DNA of 64,000 nt from Candidatus Latescibacterota bacterium (GTDB lineage Bacteria; Latescibacterota; UBA2968; UBA8231): positions 96,001 through 160,000 of the forward strand of contig CBDCSU010000005.1 of assembly GCA_965221775.1 (NCBI GenBank), read 5' to 3'. Both the position numbers and the translations under genes were made by a program. The notes under the pieces are model-generated. The model saw only the letters and a program-made list of their open reading frames with translations, searched no databases and was not told the DNA's origin. Numbering within the stretch: the first letter of the stretch is position 1; each line of letters starts with the position of its first letter. This document shows, one piece after another, positions 1-10,176 of this stretch.

Positions 1-3000
1 CAGGAACCGGCGCAGGAAGAAGGGTTGCCCGGGGCCTTCCTCCTCCCCCTCCTCCGACCGGCGGCGCGGTCCCGCCTTCGACCGCCGTCCCGGCGCGCCC
101 ACGGCCTTGAGCAGGGCCGGCAGACGCAGGTTGACCCGCGTGGTGAAGGTGTTGCGCGAGGTGATGTCCAGGGTCCGCACCACCCGCAGCCGGCCGTCGA
201 CGGTGTCGGTGAAGGCGGTCTGCCGGCTGCGGCGGGGGTCGCTGTCCTCCTGGTAGTTGGCCTGGAAGGTGATGTTGGGGTCCAGCCAGCTCACCCAGCG
301 CAACTGCAGCCGCAGGTCGGCCTTCTGGTTGCGGCCCACCTCGCGGCCGAAGGCCAGCGACCGGGGCTCGTACTTCTTGCGCAGGTCGCGGTGGACCTGA
401 AGGTTGTAGTCCGAGGTCAGGGAGCGCAGGGGATTGACCTTGGTGGCGTAGATCTCCTTCAGGGTGAAGAGCTCGTTGAAGGTCGTGTCGATCTGGGTCC
501 TCTTCCAGGTCACGCTCTCCTGGCGGTTGACGTTCACCGAGTAGGTCGCCGTCGCCGGCAGGGGCGACAGCTCCGAGTTGCGCATCGACTTCGGCATGTA
601 CTCGGGCAGCCATCCCAGGTACTTCCACTTCGGCTTGGGCAGGGGCATCTTGTAGCGGAACGAGGCGGTCTGCGCCTCGCGCGAGTCGAGGGGGGTCACG
701 GGCGAGAGGCGGTCGTCGATGGAGCTCGACCAGCGCAGGTTCATCTGGTCGATGGTCCAGCGCGTCGCCCAGTGCTTGCCGGCCCGCTTGCTCACCGAGA
801 CCTCGACGAAGCGCTTCACCTGCTCCGAGCGCATGGAGTCCTTCTCCGCCGCGGTGAGCTCCACGTCGGAGTTGGGGGCGAAGCGCGGCAGGCTCAGGCT
901 GCGGCTCAAGGTGACCTTCACGGGCACCGAGAAGCCCCAACTCCCCGGCAGGAGCTTGTTCAGGTGCGTCGTCGTCGACAGGCCGGTCCTCATGTCGGAG
1001 CTCTTGCGCCCCGTGCTGGTGATGGTTCGGTAGTTCTCCGCCCGCCAGTCGACGGAGGCGTCGACGTCCATGAAGTCGGCCAGCTGGGTGTTGATGCGGG
1101 CGTAGGCGGCGGCGCCGGGATCGTTGCGGGCCTGGTCGAGGCGCAGCTCGTCGACGTACACGGCGCCGCTGAAGGAGCCGTCGGTGGAGCGGTTGCGCAG
1201 GCCCAGTCGCAGCTGCCGCACCTGCTGCATGGACGGGGTGCCGCTGACCCGGTAGACGGCCGCGGCCCCGTCGCGCACGCCGGGATCGACGACGACGGTG
1301 TCGATCTCGATCGCCTGCAGGCCGGTGGTGGTGTCGACGCGCCCCTCCAGCTCCCCCTTCAGCCGCGACATGAGCCTCAGGTCGATCTCCACCTCGTTGC
1401 GCTTGTCCCAGCCGGGGAAGAGGGGCGTCACGTACTCGTAGTAGTTGAGGTCGTCGCGCCCGAAGCGGAGGAACAGCTCCAGGTTGCTCGAGTCGGGCGG
1501 CACGACGTAGGCGGCGTTCGAGTCGCCGTGGGCGAACATGCGCAGACGGCGGTACTTGGTGTAGTCGGAGTTCCTCGTCAGCACCCTCGTGGCCGACGCC
1601 TCGTGGCCCGCCCCGAGGTTGACGAAGTCGAGGACCAGGGACTGCTCGCGCTCGCGCACACGGGAGGTGGTGGAGCGCTCGCCCTTGACTCCCGGCGGCG
1701 GCTTGTAGCTCAGGTTCTCGTCGGTGCCGATGACGGCGACCTCGAAGAGCTCCTCCTCGGTGACGTCGAAGGCATCCCGGTCGTAGCGGGAGACACCCTC
1801 CCCCTGCCATTCGTTGACGGCGATCTCCACGAGGGCGATGGCGACGCTGTCGGCCTCTCCCGGCCCGTTCCCGGTGGCGAAGAGGAGGCGGGCGTACTCG
1901 ATGCGGCTCGAGTCCGGGGATCCGATGCGCCGCACCGACTCGTCGTAGAGACGCAGCCGGAAGAGGCGCCAGCCGCGGCACTCGCCGTTGGTCTCGGGCT
2001 CGCTGCAGGTGCCCGGTTCGTGGCGGTCCCGGGCCAGGTCGATCTCGTACTGGTAGTAGTCGTTGCGCTGATTGAGGTTGCCGTCGCCGTTGAGGTCCTC
2101 CGTGTCGGGTTGCTCGCGCACCCGCCGGTTGCCCTCGGTGCCGTTGTAGCGCGTGTAGTTGTGGCGGTCCCGCGTGGAGTCGTAGTCCCAGTTGTCGCCC
2201 TCGGCGTCGCCGGGGTCGCGGCCGAGGGCGCGGATCAGGTCGCCGAAGCGGCTGCTCTTGTCGCTGAAGCTGAGCCCTTCCAGCTCCTCCGCCGTCACCT
2301 CCGTGTCCCGCGTCAGGTAGTAGTCGAGCTCCTCCTCGTCGGTGCGGCCGTCGATGCCGACGTCCTCTTCCTCCGACAGGGTGCCGTCGCCGATGGCCCG
2401 TCCCCGCAGGGGCAGGTCCTCGGTGTCGATGCGGCCGTTGGCGATCCAGTCCTCGCTGATGTCGCCGAGATGGAGCTGCAGGGAGCCGCTCTGTCCGCGC
2501 AGCCAGATGCCGACGAACTTCGACTGGGAGAAGTTGCGCACGCCGCTGAAGTTGGTCATCACCCCGCCCCAGGTCGTCACCCCCGCCCCTTCCGGGGGCG
2601 TCACCTTCAGGGTGAGGACGTCGGTCTGCTCGTTGCGCGCCTCCACCTGGTCCCGCTGGCCGGGCCAGATCGAGGTCCGCTGCACGCGGTCGTAGGGGTT
2701 GTACCAGAGCATCGGTCCGCGGTTCTCCAGGGCCAGGCCGCCCTCGACGGGGACGCTCGCCGGCGTCCACCGGGAATAGAACACGGGCAGCAGGGTGGAG
2801 TGCTCGGAGCCCTCGAAGTCGTCGATGAACGCCTTGCCCCGGGTGTTCAGGTTCGGCCGGCTCTGGGCGATCTCGGCCTGGATGGTCACCTTCGACGCCT
2901 GGGTCGTCGTCAGCAGCGGCAGGGCGTCGACGACGCGGGTCAGCAGCGGCGCCCGGAAGGTGGCTCGCACGTCCATGTCCCAGAGCACGGTGCGCGCCGG

Positions 3001-5205
3001 CTCGTTGCCGACCCGCACCCGCCGGTCGCCGCTCTGGTTGTTGTAGATGAGGGTGCCGCCCACGACCCCGTCGCCGCCGAGGAACTCGTACTCGGCGCGG
3101 GTGCCGAGGAGGGTCTTCTGCTGGCTCCCGAGGCCGATGATGTCCTGGCTCTCGAAGGTGATCTCCAGGTCGGCGGCCGGATCGGCGACCTGGTCGGCGG
3201 CGGCCCCCAGGAACTGCACCTCCCCCGTGTAGGTCACGGTGTAGTCCACGTTCTGGGTCAGCTGGCGGCCGTCGAGGCGGACCTCCACCGACTCGACGTC
3301 GATGCTGGTCAGCCTGCCCTGGGTCAGGTTGATGCGCTGCTCCGAGGAGCTGTTGATCACCTGGATGATGTAGCGGCTCGCCTCGACGTGGTCGCGGTGC
3401 TGCTCGGTGTCGTAGATCTCGGGGACCCGGGTCTCGAGGCCGTACTTCGGCAGCTGCGGATCGAAGGGCCGCTGGTCGGGCAGGATCAGCACCCCCAGGT
3501 CGTCCCGGAGGCCGTCGTAGTCGGCGTCGATGATCTGGTCCGGCGGCGTGCCGGCATCCTGCCCGTGCGTGTCGAGCCCCATGAGCCGCAGGAAGGAGCG
3601 TCCACCCTGGGTCGTCTCCGGCTCCTTGCCGGGCACCTCGCGCAGGATCTCCACCCGGATCCGCTGGCGGTCGAACTGGCGCCCCCGGGCGAAGCCCCGG
3701 ACGATGCGGTACACGTTCTTCCACTCCAGGTCCCACGTGGGGAAACCGGGGCGGGCGTCGCGAGCCTTGATCAGCTGCAGCTCCAGGGAATCGCGGTCGG
3801 CGGCGGCGGTGCCCACCTCGCGGCCCCCGAGGGTGCGGTAGGTCACGGCCAGGGCGTGGCGGTCCTGCACCGGCGTGCGCAGGGTGATGGAGCCGAGACC
3901 GCTGTCGAGGATGTAGTCGTTGTCGGGGTCGAGGCGGTGCCAGGTGCCGATCTCGCGATGGCCCGTCGAGTCGTTGGCGGCGTCGGCCAGGTCGGCCTGG
4001 GCCCGCCCCGGGCGCGACAGCTGCTCGGCGTCGTTGTTGACGTTGAAGTCGTTGACGTAGACCTGAAGGGTGCGCTCGTCGACGGGATCCTCGGGCTGGA
4101 AGTCGGCGGTGGAGACCTCGGCGTAGTCGGGCAGGCCCTCCTTGTAGACCCGGTCGAGATAGTAGAACTGGTTGCGCACGTACTCGTAGTCGCGGATCTC
4201 GGTGGTGTCGACCTGGGCGCCGCCGCGGAAGCTCTGGCGGTTGGACTCGCTCTTCTCGTGGCTGGCGATGGTGGTGAAGCCGAAGGGCCCCAGGCGCCCC
4301 TTGGCCCGGATCCCGAAGAGGCCCTTGTGCTGCTGGTTGAAGCCGACGAACCGCGTGTTCGGCAGGGAGAGGGTGGTGTTGCCCGCCTGCACCTCCTGGA
4401 AGATGTTGTCCTCGTCGCCCTTGTAATCGAGCTTGATCTGGTCGAGCTGGTCCTGCAGGTTCTGGCCGAAGGAGCTGGACAGGCCCCTGGTGTCCTGGTT
4501 GATGCGGATGTTGATCGCCTCCCCCACCTTGCCTTCCACCGAGAAGTCCGACTCCTGGTCCATGCTCAGGGCCGGGAACTTCGACGACCCTCCCGCCAGG
4601 GTCCGCACCTCGTTGGCCGTCCAGCTGCTCTTGCCGCCGATCGAGGCGGTGTGAGAGCCGTTGATGCGCAGCGATCCCTCGTCCCCGATGAACCGCCTCA
4701 CCACCGGCGGCGCCGGGATCGGCACCCTCCACTCCAGGCGCCCCCGCCGGCCTTCTCCGAGGCGGGATTCGCGGCGCATTCCCTCGCGCACCTTCTGCCG
4801 CCACTTCGTCCGGTAGAGGTGGCGGTTCCCCATTTCGAGATAGCGCTCCAGGGGCAGGGTGAGGGGCAGGCCGTCGTCGAACCCGGCCGACCGCGGCTGA
4901 TAGTGGGCCCCGGTGGAGTCGATGGTCACCTGCTTGCTGGTGAAGGAAGTGCGCGACTCCACCAGGGGCGTGGCCGGGGGCCGCGCGCGCAGCAGCGGCG
5001 ACCCGGCGCGGAAGGCGCCGTACTCCGCCGGATCGTGGAAGATCCGGTGGACGGGGGCCCGGGGCGGGGGCTCGAGGCCGATCCCCGACCGGGCCGGAAG
5101 AGGGGTGAGGACGAGAGCGCCCAGGAGCGCGCTCCCAAGGGCGAGGCGGGGGCCCGGGAAGGCACCGGGGGCCGGCCTCGGAATGGCGGGATCGGTTACG
5201 GGCAC
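1..5205 (-). CDS. sprA: Cell-surface protein SprA/Sov (type IX secretion translocon-like large beta-barrel); 3' part runs off the window
   Basis: Not in the ORF track because no stop lies in the window. The minus frame (antisense to the 25..5619 ORF) reads ...IKLDYKGDEDNIFQEVQAGNTTLSLPNTRFVGFNQQHKGLFGIRAKGRLGPFGFTTIASHEKSES...EIRDYEYVRNQFYYLD..., which matches the SprA N-terminal region. Signal-peptide-like RLALGSALLGALVLTPLPARS follows GTG at 5205; the start is approximate. Confidence 0.85.
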   Translation of the reverse strand, partial: MPVTDPAIPRPAPGAFPGPRLALGSALLGALVLTPLPARSGIGLEPPPRAPVHRIFHDPAEYGAFRAGSPLLRARPPATPLVESRTSFTSKQVTIDSTGAHYQPRSAGFDDGLPLTLPLERYLEMGNRHLYRTKWRQKVREGMRRESRLGEGRRGRLEWRVPIPAPPVVRRFIGDEGSLRINGSHTASIGGKSSWTANEVRTLAGGSSKFPALSMDQESDFSVEGKVGEAINIRINQDTRGLSSSFGQNLQDQLDQIKLDYKGDEDNIFQEVQAGNTTLSLPNTRFVGFNQQHKGLFGIRAKGRLGPFGFTTIASHEKSESNRQSFRGGAQVDTTEIRDYEYVRNQFYYLDRVYKEGLPDYAEVSTADFQPEDPVDERTLQVYVNDFNVNNDAEQLSRPGRAQADLADAANDSTGHREIGTWHRLDPDNDYILDSGLGSITLRTPVQDRHALAVTYRTLGGREVGTAAADRDSLELQLIKARDARPGFPTWDLEWKNVYRIVRGFARGRQFDRQRIRVEILREVPGKEPETTQGGRSFLRLMGLDTHGQDAGTPPDQIIDADYDGLRDDLGVLILPDQRPFDPQLPKYGLETRVPEIYDTEQHRDHVEASRYIIQVINSSSEQRINLTQGRLTSIDVESVEVRLDGRQLTQNVDYTVTYTGEVQFLGAAADQVADPAADLEITFESQDIIGLGSQQKTLLGTRAEYEFLGGDGVVGGTLIYNNQSGDRRVRVGNEPARTVLWDMDVRATFRAPLLTRVVDALPLLTTTQASKVTIQAEIAQSRPNLNTRGKAFIDDFEGSEHSTLLPVFYSRWTPASVPVEGGLALENRGPMLWYNPYDRVQRTSIWPGQRDQVEARNEQTDVLTLKVTPPEGAGVTTWGGVMTNFSGVRNFSQSKFVGIWLRGQSGSLQLHLGDISEDWIANGRIDTEDLPLRGRAIGDGTLSEEEDVGIDGRTDEEELDYYLTRDTEVTAEELEGLSFSDKSSRFGDLIRALGRDPGDAEGDNWDYDSTRDRHNYTRYNGTEGNRRVREQPDTEDLNGDGNLNQRNDYYQYEIDLARDRHEPGTCSEPETNGECRGWRLFRLRLYDESVRRIGSPDSSRIEYARLLFATGNGPGEADSVAIALVEIAVNEWQGEGVSRYDRDAFDVTEEELFEVAVIGTDENLSYKPPPGVKGERSTTSRVREREQSLVLDFVNLGAGHEASATRVLTRNSDYTKYRRLRMFAHGDSNAAYVVPPDSSNLELFLRFGRDDLNYYEYVTPLFPGWDKRNEVEIDLRLMSRLKGELEGRVDTTTGLQAIEIDTVVVDPGVRDGAAAVYRVSGTPSMQQVRQLRLGLRNRSTDGSFSGAVYVDELRLDQARNDPGAAAYARINTQLADFMDVDASVDWRAENYRTITSTGRKSSDMRTGLSTTTHLNKLLPGSWGFSVPVKVTLSRSLSLPRFAPNSDVELTAAEKDSMRSEQVKRFVEVSVSKRAGKHWATRWTIDQMNLRWSSSIDDRLSPVTPLDSREAQTASFRYKMPLPKPKWKYLGWLPEYMPKSMRNSELSPLPATATYSVNVNRQESVTWKRTQIDTTFNELFTLKEIYATKVNPLRSLTSDYNLQVHRDLRKKYEPRSLAFGREVGRNQKADLRLQLRWVSWLDPNITFQANYQEDSDPRRSRQTAFTDTVDGRLRVVRTLDITSRNTFTTRVNLRLPALLKAVGAPGRRSKAGPRRRSEEGEEEGPGQPFFLRRFL

Positions 5206-5640
5206 GGGCAGGCGGCGGGTCCCTTGCCTCCGGTGGCGGGAGGGGCAGGCCCCTCGAAGCGGGGTCGCCCGGCGGGCGGGTGCCGGGGAGGGCGCGGCAG
5301 CCCCCCGGGGAGCGCGGCCCCCCGCGGGGACCTCCGGCCGGGGGCCCTGGAGGCGGATCTGCGGGTCGGGGGACGGGACGGCGCCATAACCCTCTGGGAA
5401 CCTACGGGAGGGGCCGGGATCCGGCAATCGGAGAAGCCGCCGAGCCGGCGGACAGCGGCGCCCGCCGAAGCAAGCGAAAGCCGTTCCCGTCTCTCCGCCG
5501 CCGGAGCGGCGGCCGAGAGACGGCGCCCAGTGACGACCGGCGCACACACCGGCGGCACCCACGGCACCCGGAGCGGCCCTCCTCCTGGCCCCGGACGGAT
5601 CCTGTCGGCGGGTCTTTAGGCAGACCCGTCACGAGGCTCC

Positions 5641-6954
5641 TTGGTTTCCCTCTCCCGCCATCTGCTGCGCCGGCACCTGCAGGCCTTCGCCCTCGGCTTC
5701 GGCCTGATCGTCTTCGTCCTCGAGATCGACGTCATGCTGCAGCTGCTCGACCAGCTGCTGAGCAAAGGCATCGGCCCGGGCGTCGCCTTGGAGCTGTTCC
5801 TCCGCAACCTCGCCTGGATCGTCGCCCTGGCGGTGCCGATGGCGGTGCTGATCTCGGTGCTCATGGTCTTCGGCCGGATCGCCGCCGACAACGAGATCCT
5901 GGCCTGGAAGGCGGCGGGGGTGAGCTTCGGCCACCTCCTCGCCCCCGTCCTGCTCGCCGCCCTGGTGCTGACCCTGGCCATGGTGTGGTTCAACGACCGC
6001 GTCCTGCCCGACTCCAACCACCGGACCCGGGAGTTGACCACCAGTCTGCAGCGGCGCAAGGCGGCCCTGGTCCTCAAGAAGAAGGAGGGGGTCTTCATCC
6101 GCGATCTCGGCCCCTACAGCCTGCGGGTCGGCCGCGTCGACGGGGAGTCCAACCGCCTCCACGACATCACCCTCTTCGACGCCGGGAAGAGCGGTCCCCC
6201 GACGACGTTGCGCGCCGAGGCGGGGAGGCTGGAGATCTTCGGCGGCGGCGGATACGTGCGCCTCACCCTCGAGGACGGCGAGGTCCACCGCGTCGACTCC
6301 GCCGACCCCTCCCGGACGACCCGGGGGCGCTTCCGCCGCCAGGTGGTCCACATCCGCGACCGGGACCGGGAACTGTCCCCCTTCCGCTCCCCCTACCGCT
6401 CCGACCGCGAGATGGATGTGGCCGCCATGCTCGCCGCCGCCGATGCGGCGCGCCTCGACAACGCCCGCGCCCGCGCCGGCATCGACTCCACGGCCCTCGC
6501 CTTTCTGGCCCGGGCCCGTGACGAGACCACCGAAGTCACCCAGCTCCGGGACCAGGCCCGGCGCGCGGCCGCCTCGATCGGCCGGCAGTGGCGCCTGCAC
6601 GACAGCCGCCAGCGACGGGCCGACGCCTACCTCGTGGAGGTGCACAAGAAGTTCTCCATCCCCTTCGCCTGCGTCGTCTTCGTCCTCGTGGGCGCCCCCC
6701 TGGGGGCCCTCGTGCGGGTCCGCGGGGCCACCCTCTCCATCTCCCTGAGCCTGGTGTTCTTCTTCGCCTACTGGATCTTCCTGATCGGCGGCGAGCGCCT
6801 CGCCGACCGCGGCTTCGTCTCCCCCGGGGCGGCGATGTGGGCGCCGAACCTGTTCTTCGGCCTGCTGGGGCTGCTGCTGGTCCGCGCCCACGTCCTCGAC
6901 CGCCCCCTGCTCGGGCTGCGCGAGCGGCTGCGGCGCCCCACCGAGGCCTCGTGA
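5641..6954 (+). CDS. lptF: LPS export ABC transporter permease, LptF/LptG (YjgP/YjgQ) family
   Basis: LAVPMAVLISVLMVFGRIAADNEILAWKAAGVS and EVHKKFSIPFACVVFVLVGAPLG motifs; 3+3 TM layout. Confidence 0.9.
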   Translation: MVSLSRHLLRRHLQAFALGFGLIVFVLEIDVMLQLLDQLLSKGIGPGVALELFLRNLAWIVALAVPMAVLISVLMVFGRIAADNEILAWKAAGVSFGHLLAPVLLAALVLTLAMVWFNDRVLPDSNHRTRELTTSLQRRKAALVLKKKEGVFIRDLGPYSLRVGRVDGESNRLHDITLFDAGKSGPPTTLRAEAGRLEIFGGGGYVRLTLEDGEVHRVDSADPSRTTRGRFRRQVVHIRDRDRELSPFRSPYRSDREMDVAAMLAAADAARLDNARARAGIDSTALAFLARARDETTEVTQLRDQARRAAASIGRQWRLHDSRQRRADAYLVEVHKKFSIPFACVVFVLVGAPLGALVRVRGATLSISLSLVFFFAYWIFLIGGERLADRGFVSPGAAMWAPNLFFGLLGLLLVRAHVLDRPLLGLRERLRRPTEAS

Positions 6955-8027
6955 CCCTCCTCGACCGCTACCTCCTGCGCCGCTTCCTCGCCTGTCTGGG
7001 ACTGAGCGCCGCGGGGATGTGGGGACTCGCCGCGGTGGTCGACCTCACCGAGAACATCGACACCTTCATCGACCACCGGGCCTCGCTCCTCCAGATCGCC
7101 CGCTACTACCTCTACCGCTCCCCCTACTGGATCCTGCTCACCCTTCCCGTCACCACACTCCTCGCCACCTTGTTCTGCCTTTCGGGCCTGGCTCGCCGCT
7201 CCGAGATCGCCGCCGCAAAGGCCGCCGGCATCGGTCTGCACCGCTTTCTCGCGCCTCTCTACGCGTTCTCCGTCGTCATGGCGGGAGCGACGCTGTTGTT
7301 CACCGATCTCGTCGTCCCCCCCGCAACCTGGCACTACAACAGCACCCGCGACGAGATCCGCTCGTACCGCCGCTCGGACGGCTCCCGGCGCCAGGTGCTG
7401 CTGCAGGACGTGGACGGCCAGTTCCTCTTCGCCCGCTCCTACGATCACCGCCGCCGGCGAGCCGAGGACGTCACCTGGGAAAGGACCCGTGGGAGCCGCA
7501 CCCTCGAGCGCGCCACGGGCCGCTCGGCCTCCTGGCGCCCCGGCGACGGCCGCTGGATGATGCACGAGGGCCACCGCCAGCTCTTCGAGGAGTCGGGGAC
7601 CGCCGCCGCTTTCTTCGACAGCCTGGCCCTGACCCGCCTGACCCTGCTGCCGGAGGACCTCGCTCGCCAGCAGAGGGAGCCGGAGGAGATGGACTTCTCC
7701 GAGCTGGCCGGGTACGTGCGCAGGGCCCGCGCCAACGGCGAGGACGTGACGCGGCTCCTCGTCGACCTGCACCTGAAGGTCTCCTTCCCCTTCACCTGCC
7801 TCGTCATCCTGCTCCTGGGGGCGCCTCTCGGGGCCGACGCCCGCCGCGGCGGCGGGGACCGCCACTTCGGGCTCGGCGTGCTGATCTGCTTCGCCTTCTA
7901 CGGATCGGTGAAGGCCGGCCAGGCCCTGGGGTGGAACGAGATTCTGGCGCCCTCGCTCGGCGCCTGGCTGGCCAACCTGGTCTACGGCGCGATGGCGGTC
8001 CTGCTGCTGCGCCGGGCCCACACCTGA
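6951..8027 (+). CDS. lptG: LPS export ABC transporter permease, LptF/LptG family
   Basis: GTG start overlaps the lptF stop (GTGA). TLLDRYLLRRFL, LARRSEIAAAKAAGIG, PEEMDFSEL and DLHLKVSFPF motifs. Confidence 0.9.
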   Translation: MTLLDRYLLRRFLACLGLSAAGMWGLAAVVDLTENIDTFIDHRASLLQIARYYLYRSPYWILLTLPVTTLLATLFCLSGLARRSEIAAAKAAGIGLHRFLAPLYAFSVVMAGATLLFTDLVVPPATWHYNSTRDEIRSYRRSDGSRRQVLLQDVDGQFLFARSYDHRRRRAEDVTWERTRGSRTLERATGRSASWRPGDGRWMMHEGHRQLFEESGTAAAFFDSLALTRLTLLPEDLARQQREPEEMDFSELAGYVRRARANGEDVTRLLVDLHLKVSFPFTCLVILLLGAPLGADARRGGGDRHFGLGVLICFAFYGSVKAGQALGWNEILAPSLGAWLANLVYGAMAVLLLRRAHT

Positions 8028-8044
8028 GGCGGTGACGCCCCCGG

Positions 8045-9157
8045 CTAAGTGAGCCCCTGCTGGAGATGGAAGATCTTCAGCTTGAGGGCGGGGGAGATGC
8101 CCTTCCACTTCTCGATGAGGTCGGAGGCCTGCGAACGGCTGTCCTCCCCGGAGATCTTGTCCCCGAGGCTCATCAGCAGCCTGGCCATGAGCTCGACCCG
8201 GTCCTCGGAGGCGCCCACGGTGAGCCGCTCCAGATCGTCCAGGACGTCGGCGCCGATCTTCTCGCGGGTGTTGCCCATCGCCTTCTCCAGAAAGGCGGCG
8301 TGGCGCCGGCCGAAGGCCTCGTCGGCGACGCTGCGGTTGACCAGGAAGCGGATCAGATCCGCCCCCGGCCGCTGCTGCAGCAACTCGGCCGCCAGGCGCG
8401 ACATCCGCCTCTCCTCCTGCTTGCGCCGCGACTCCCCGGGCTTCGCGTCCAGCGTCCAGGCGGTGCGGCCTCGCCCGTCCACGAGGAGATCGAAGACCGA
8501 GGGCTGCGGCAAGCGGGAGAGGACCTTTCCCAAGGCCTGATCGTCCGTCGAGGCCGACACGCGCAGCAGGTGGTCCACGGACCGGGGCGCGAGGTTGGGG
8601 TGCATGCCGGTGAGCTTGGCCGCCAGGATGCGGCCGGCCTCGGGGCCGGCACCCGCCAGAAGCGCGTCGAGCAGGGCCTCCAGCGTCTCGGGGTTGACCG
8701 GCAGACCCAGGGCCGCCTCCCGGACCACGGACGCGGCCGGGTGCCGCAGGAACTCCTGCACCACGTCCCGGTGCCGCAGCACCCAGACGAGGGACGCCGC
8801 CGCCGCCGGATCGGTCTCGGCGCGGGCCCAGCCGAGGACCCGCTGAACCGAGGAGCGGCTGAACAGCCACTGGCGGTGGAAGCCGAGGACCTGGATGGCC
8901 ACCAGCCGGCGGCAGTCGGCCGGGTCCTCGACGATCCGGCACAGGCGCTCGATCCCCTCTTCCGTGGGCACCAGGACTCGCAGGCGGGCCACGGCGCCCA
9001 TGCGCTCCCCGGGACTTCCGGCGCCGGCGGCGGCAGCGACCAGGGCCTCCAGGTCCGGATGGGACTCCTCGGCGGCCGGCTCCGGATGCTCCTGGTCCTG
9101 GGCGGACCCTTCCTCCCCGGGATCGCCGGGATGCAGGTGACGCACGTCGAAGACCAT
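8045..9157 (-). CDS. Hypothetical all-helical (HEAT/ARM-like) protein
   Basis: 370-aa ORF; HEAT-like segments RLVAIQVLG and HPAASVVREAALGL; 3 bp downstream of the PAS gene. Confidence 0.55.
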   Translation of the reverse strand: MVFDVRHLHPGDPGEEGSAQDQEHPEPAAEESHPDLEALVAAAAGAGSPGERMGAVARLRVLVPTEEGIERLCRIVEDPADCRRLVAIQVLGFHRQWLFSRSSVQRVLGWARAETDPAAAASLVWVLRHRDVVQEFLRHPAASVVREAALGLPVNPETLEALLDALLAGAGPEAGRILAAKLTGMHPNLAPRSVDHLLRVSASTDDQALGKVLSRLPQPSVFDLLVDGRGRTAWTLDAKPGESRRKQEERRMSRLAAELLQQRPGADLIRFLVNRSVADEAFGRRHAAFLEKAMGNTREKIGADVLDDLERLTVGASEDRVELMARLLMSLGDKISGEDSRSQASDLIEKWKGISPALKLKIFHLQQGLT

Positions 9158-9160
9158 GGC

Positions 9161-10021
9161 TCAGCGCCCCCGGGCGGCGGCAGGGTTGGCGCCGCCTCCC
9201 TGGAGGAAGAACTCCTTCAGGAACCCGTTGATCTGCTCCATGGCCAGGCGCGACCGCACCAGACCGTCCCGCCCGGGATCCTCGAGGAACTCCTCGATGG
9301 CGGCCAGCGGCTGGACCAGCCCCTCCCGGAGGCGGCCGTACAGCTCCTCCTGGGCCTCGGCCTGGATGTGGGAGACCTCCTCCAGCAACGACACGTCGCG
9401 CAGCAGGATGAGGACAGCCGTGCCCGACGGCAGCTCGCGGCGGTGGAGGGTGATCTCCAGCGCCGAAGGCTCGATGAGGGAGAAGGAGTGGGGCTCGCCG
9501 TTGTCCAGGGCGGCCACGGGATCGACTCCGGCGATCCTCTCGAAGGCCTTGCCATCGAGGTCGGCCAGGGGCACCCCGAGCATCTCCGCGGCACGGTGGT
9601 TGACCACCTCGGCGGCCCCGGAGGAGTGCAGCACGAGGAGGCCGAAGGGCAGGGCATCGAGGATTCCCGGATCGTCGAGGGGGCCGCCGGCGATCAACTC
9701 GGTGAGGGCGTGCGGGAATCCCCGGGCCGGGGCGGCGTCAACCTCGGCGGGTGCAAGGCCTTCGTTGGCGGGGACCTTCACTGCCGGGGCTTCGTCCGCA
9801 CCGGGCCTCAGGACGTAGCCGGCGCCGGCGGCCTCGAGGAAGCCGGCCTCGCGGAGACCGGCCAGGGCCGCCGCCGTGTCGGTCTCGGGTGAGCCGAGGC
9901 GAAGGCCGAGGGCCTTGACGTCGTCGTCCAGGAAGGGATTGCGCCGCCACTCCTCCAGCATGCGGCGCTTGAGGTCCGCCATCGGTGGCCCGGGAACCAC
10001 CGGAATGTCCCAGTCGTACAT
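9161..10021 (-). CDS. wHTH-PAS protein with a degenerate HisKA/DHp-like C-terminus
   Basis: GGAAGG RBS before ATG 10021. N-terminal LGLRLG...ALAGLREAGFLEAAGAGY (wHTH-like); PAS ILDALPFGLLVLHSSGAAEVVNHRAAEMLG...ILLRDVS; short C-terminal helical hairpin. Confidence 0.7.
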   Translation of the reverse strand: MYDWDIPVVPGPPMADLKRRMLEEWRRNPFLDDDVKALGLRLGSPETDTAAALAGLREAGFLEAAGAGYVLRPGADEAPAVKVPANEGLAPAEVDAAPARGFPHALTELIAGGPLDDPGILDALPFGLLVLHSSGAAEVVNHRAAEMLGVPLADLDGKAFERIAGVDPVAALDNGEPHSFSLIEPSALEITLHRRELPSGTAVLILLRDVSLLEEVSHIQAEAQEELYGRLREGLVQPLAAIEEFLEDPGRDGLVRSRLAMEQINGFLKEFFLQGGGANPAAARGR

Positions 10022-10176
10022 GATCCTTCCACTGCCTGACGGCCGGCGCGACAAAGAGGAACCGGCGACCGTGGTGGATACCCGGGGAGGGCTGGAACGA
10101 ACCGCATTTTCGCAGGGGGGTAGCCTTCAATATAACCGGTCTCGCCCTTGTCCTGCAAGCGGCTGCAGGGCCGCGA

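Noticed and set aside
25-5619. 1864-aa plus-strand ORF
   Set aside because: In-frame antisense shadow of sprA; composition typical of high-GC reverse frames and no recognisable motifs.
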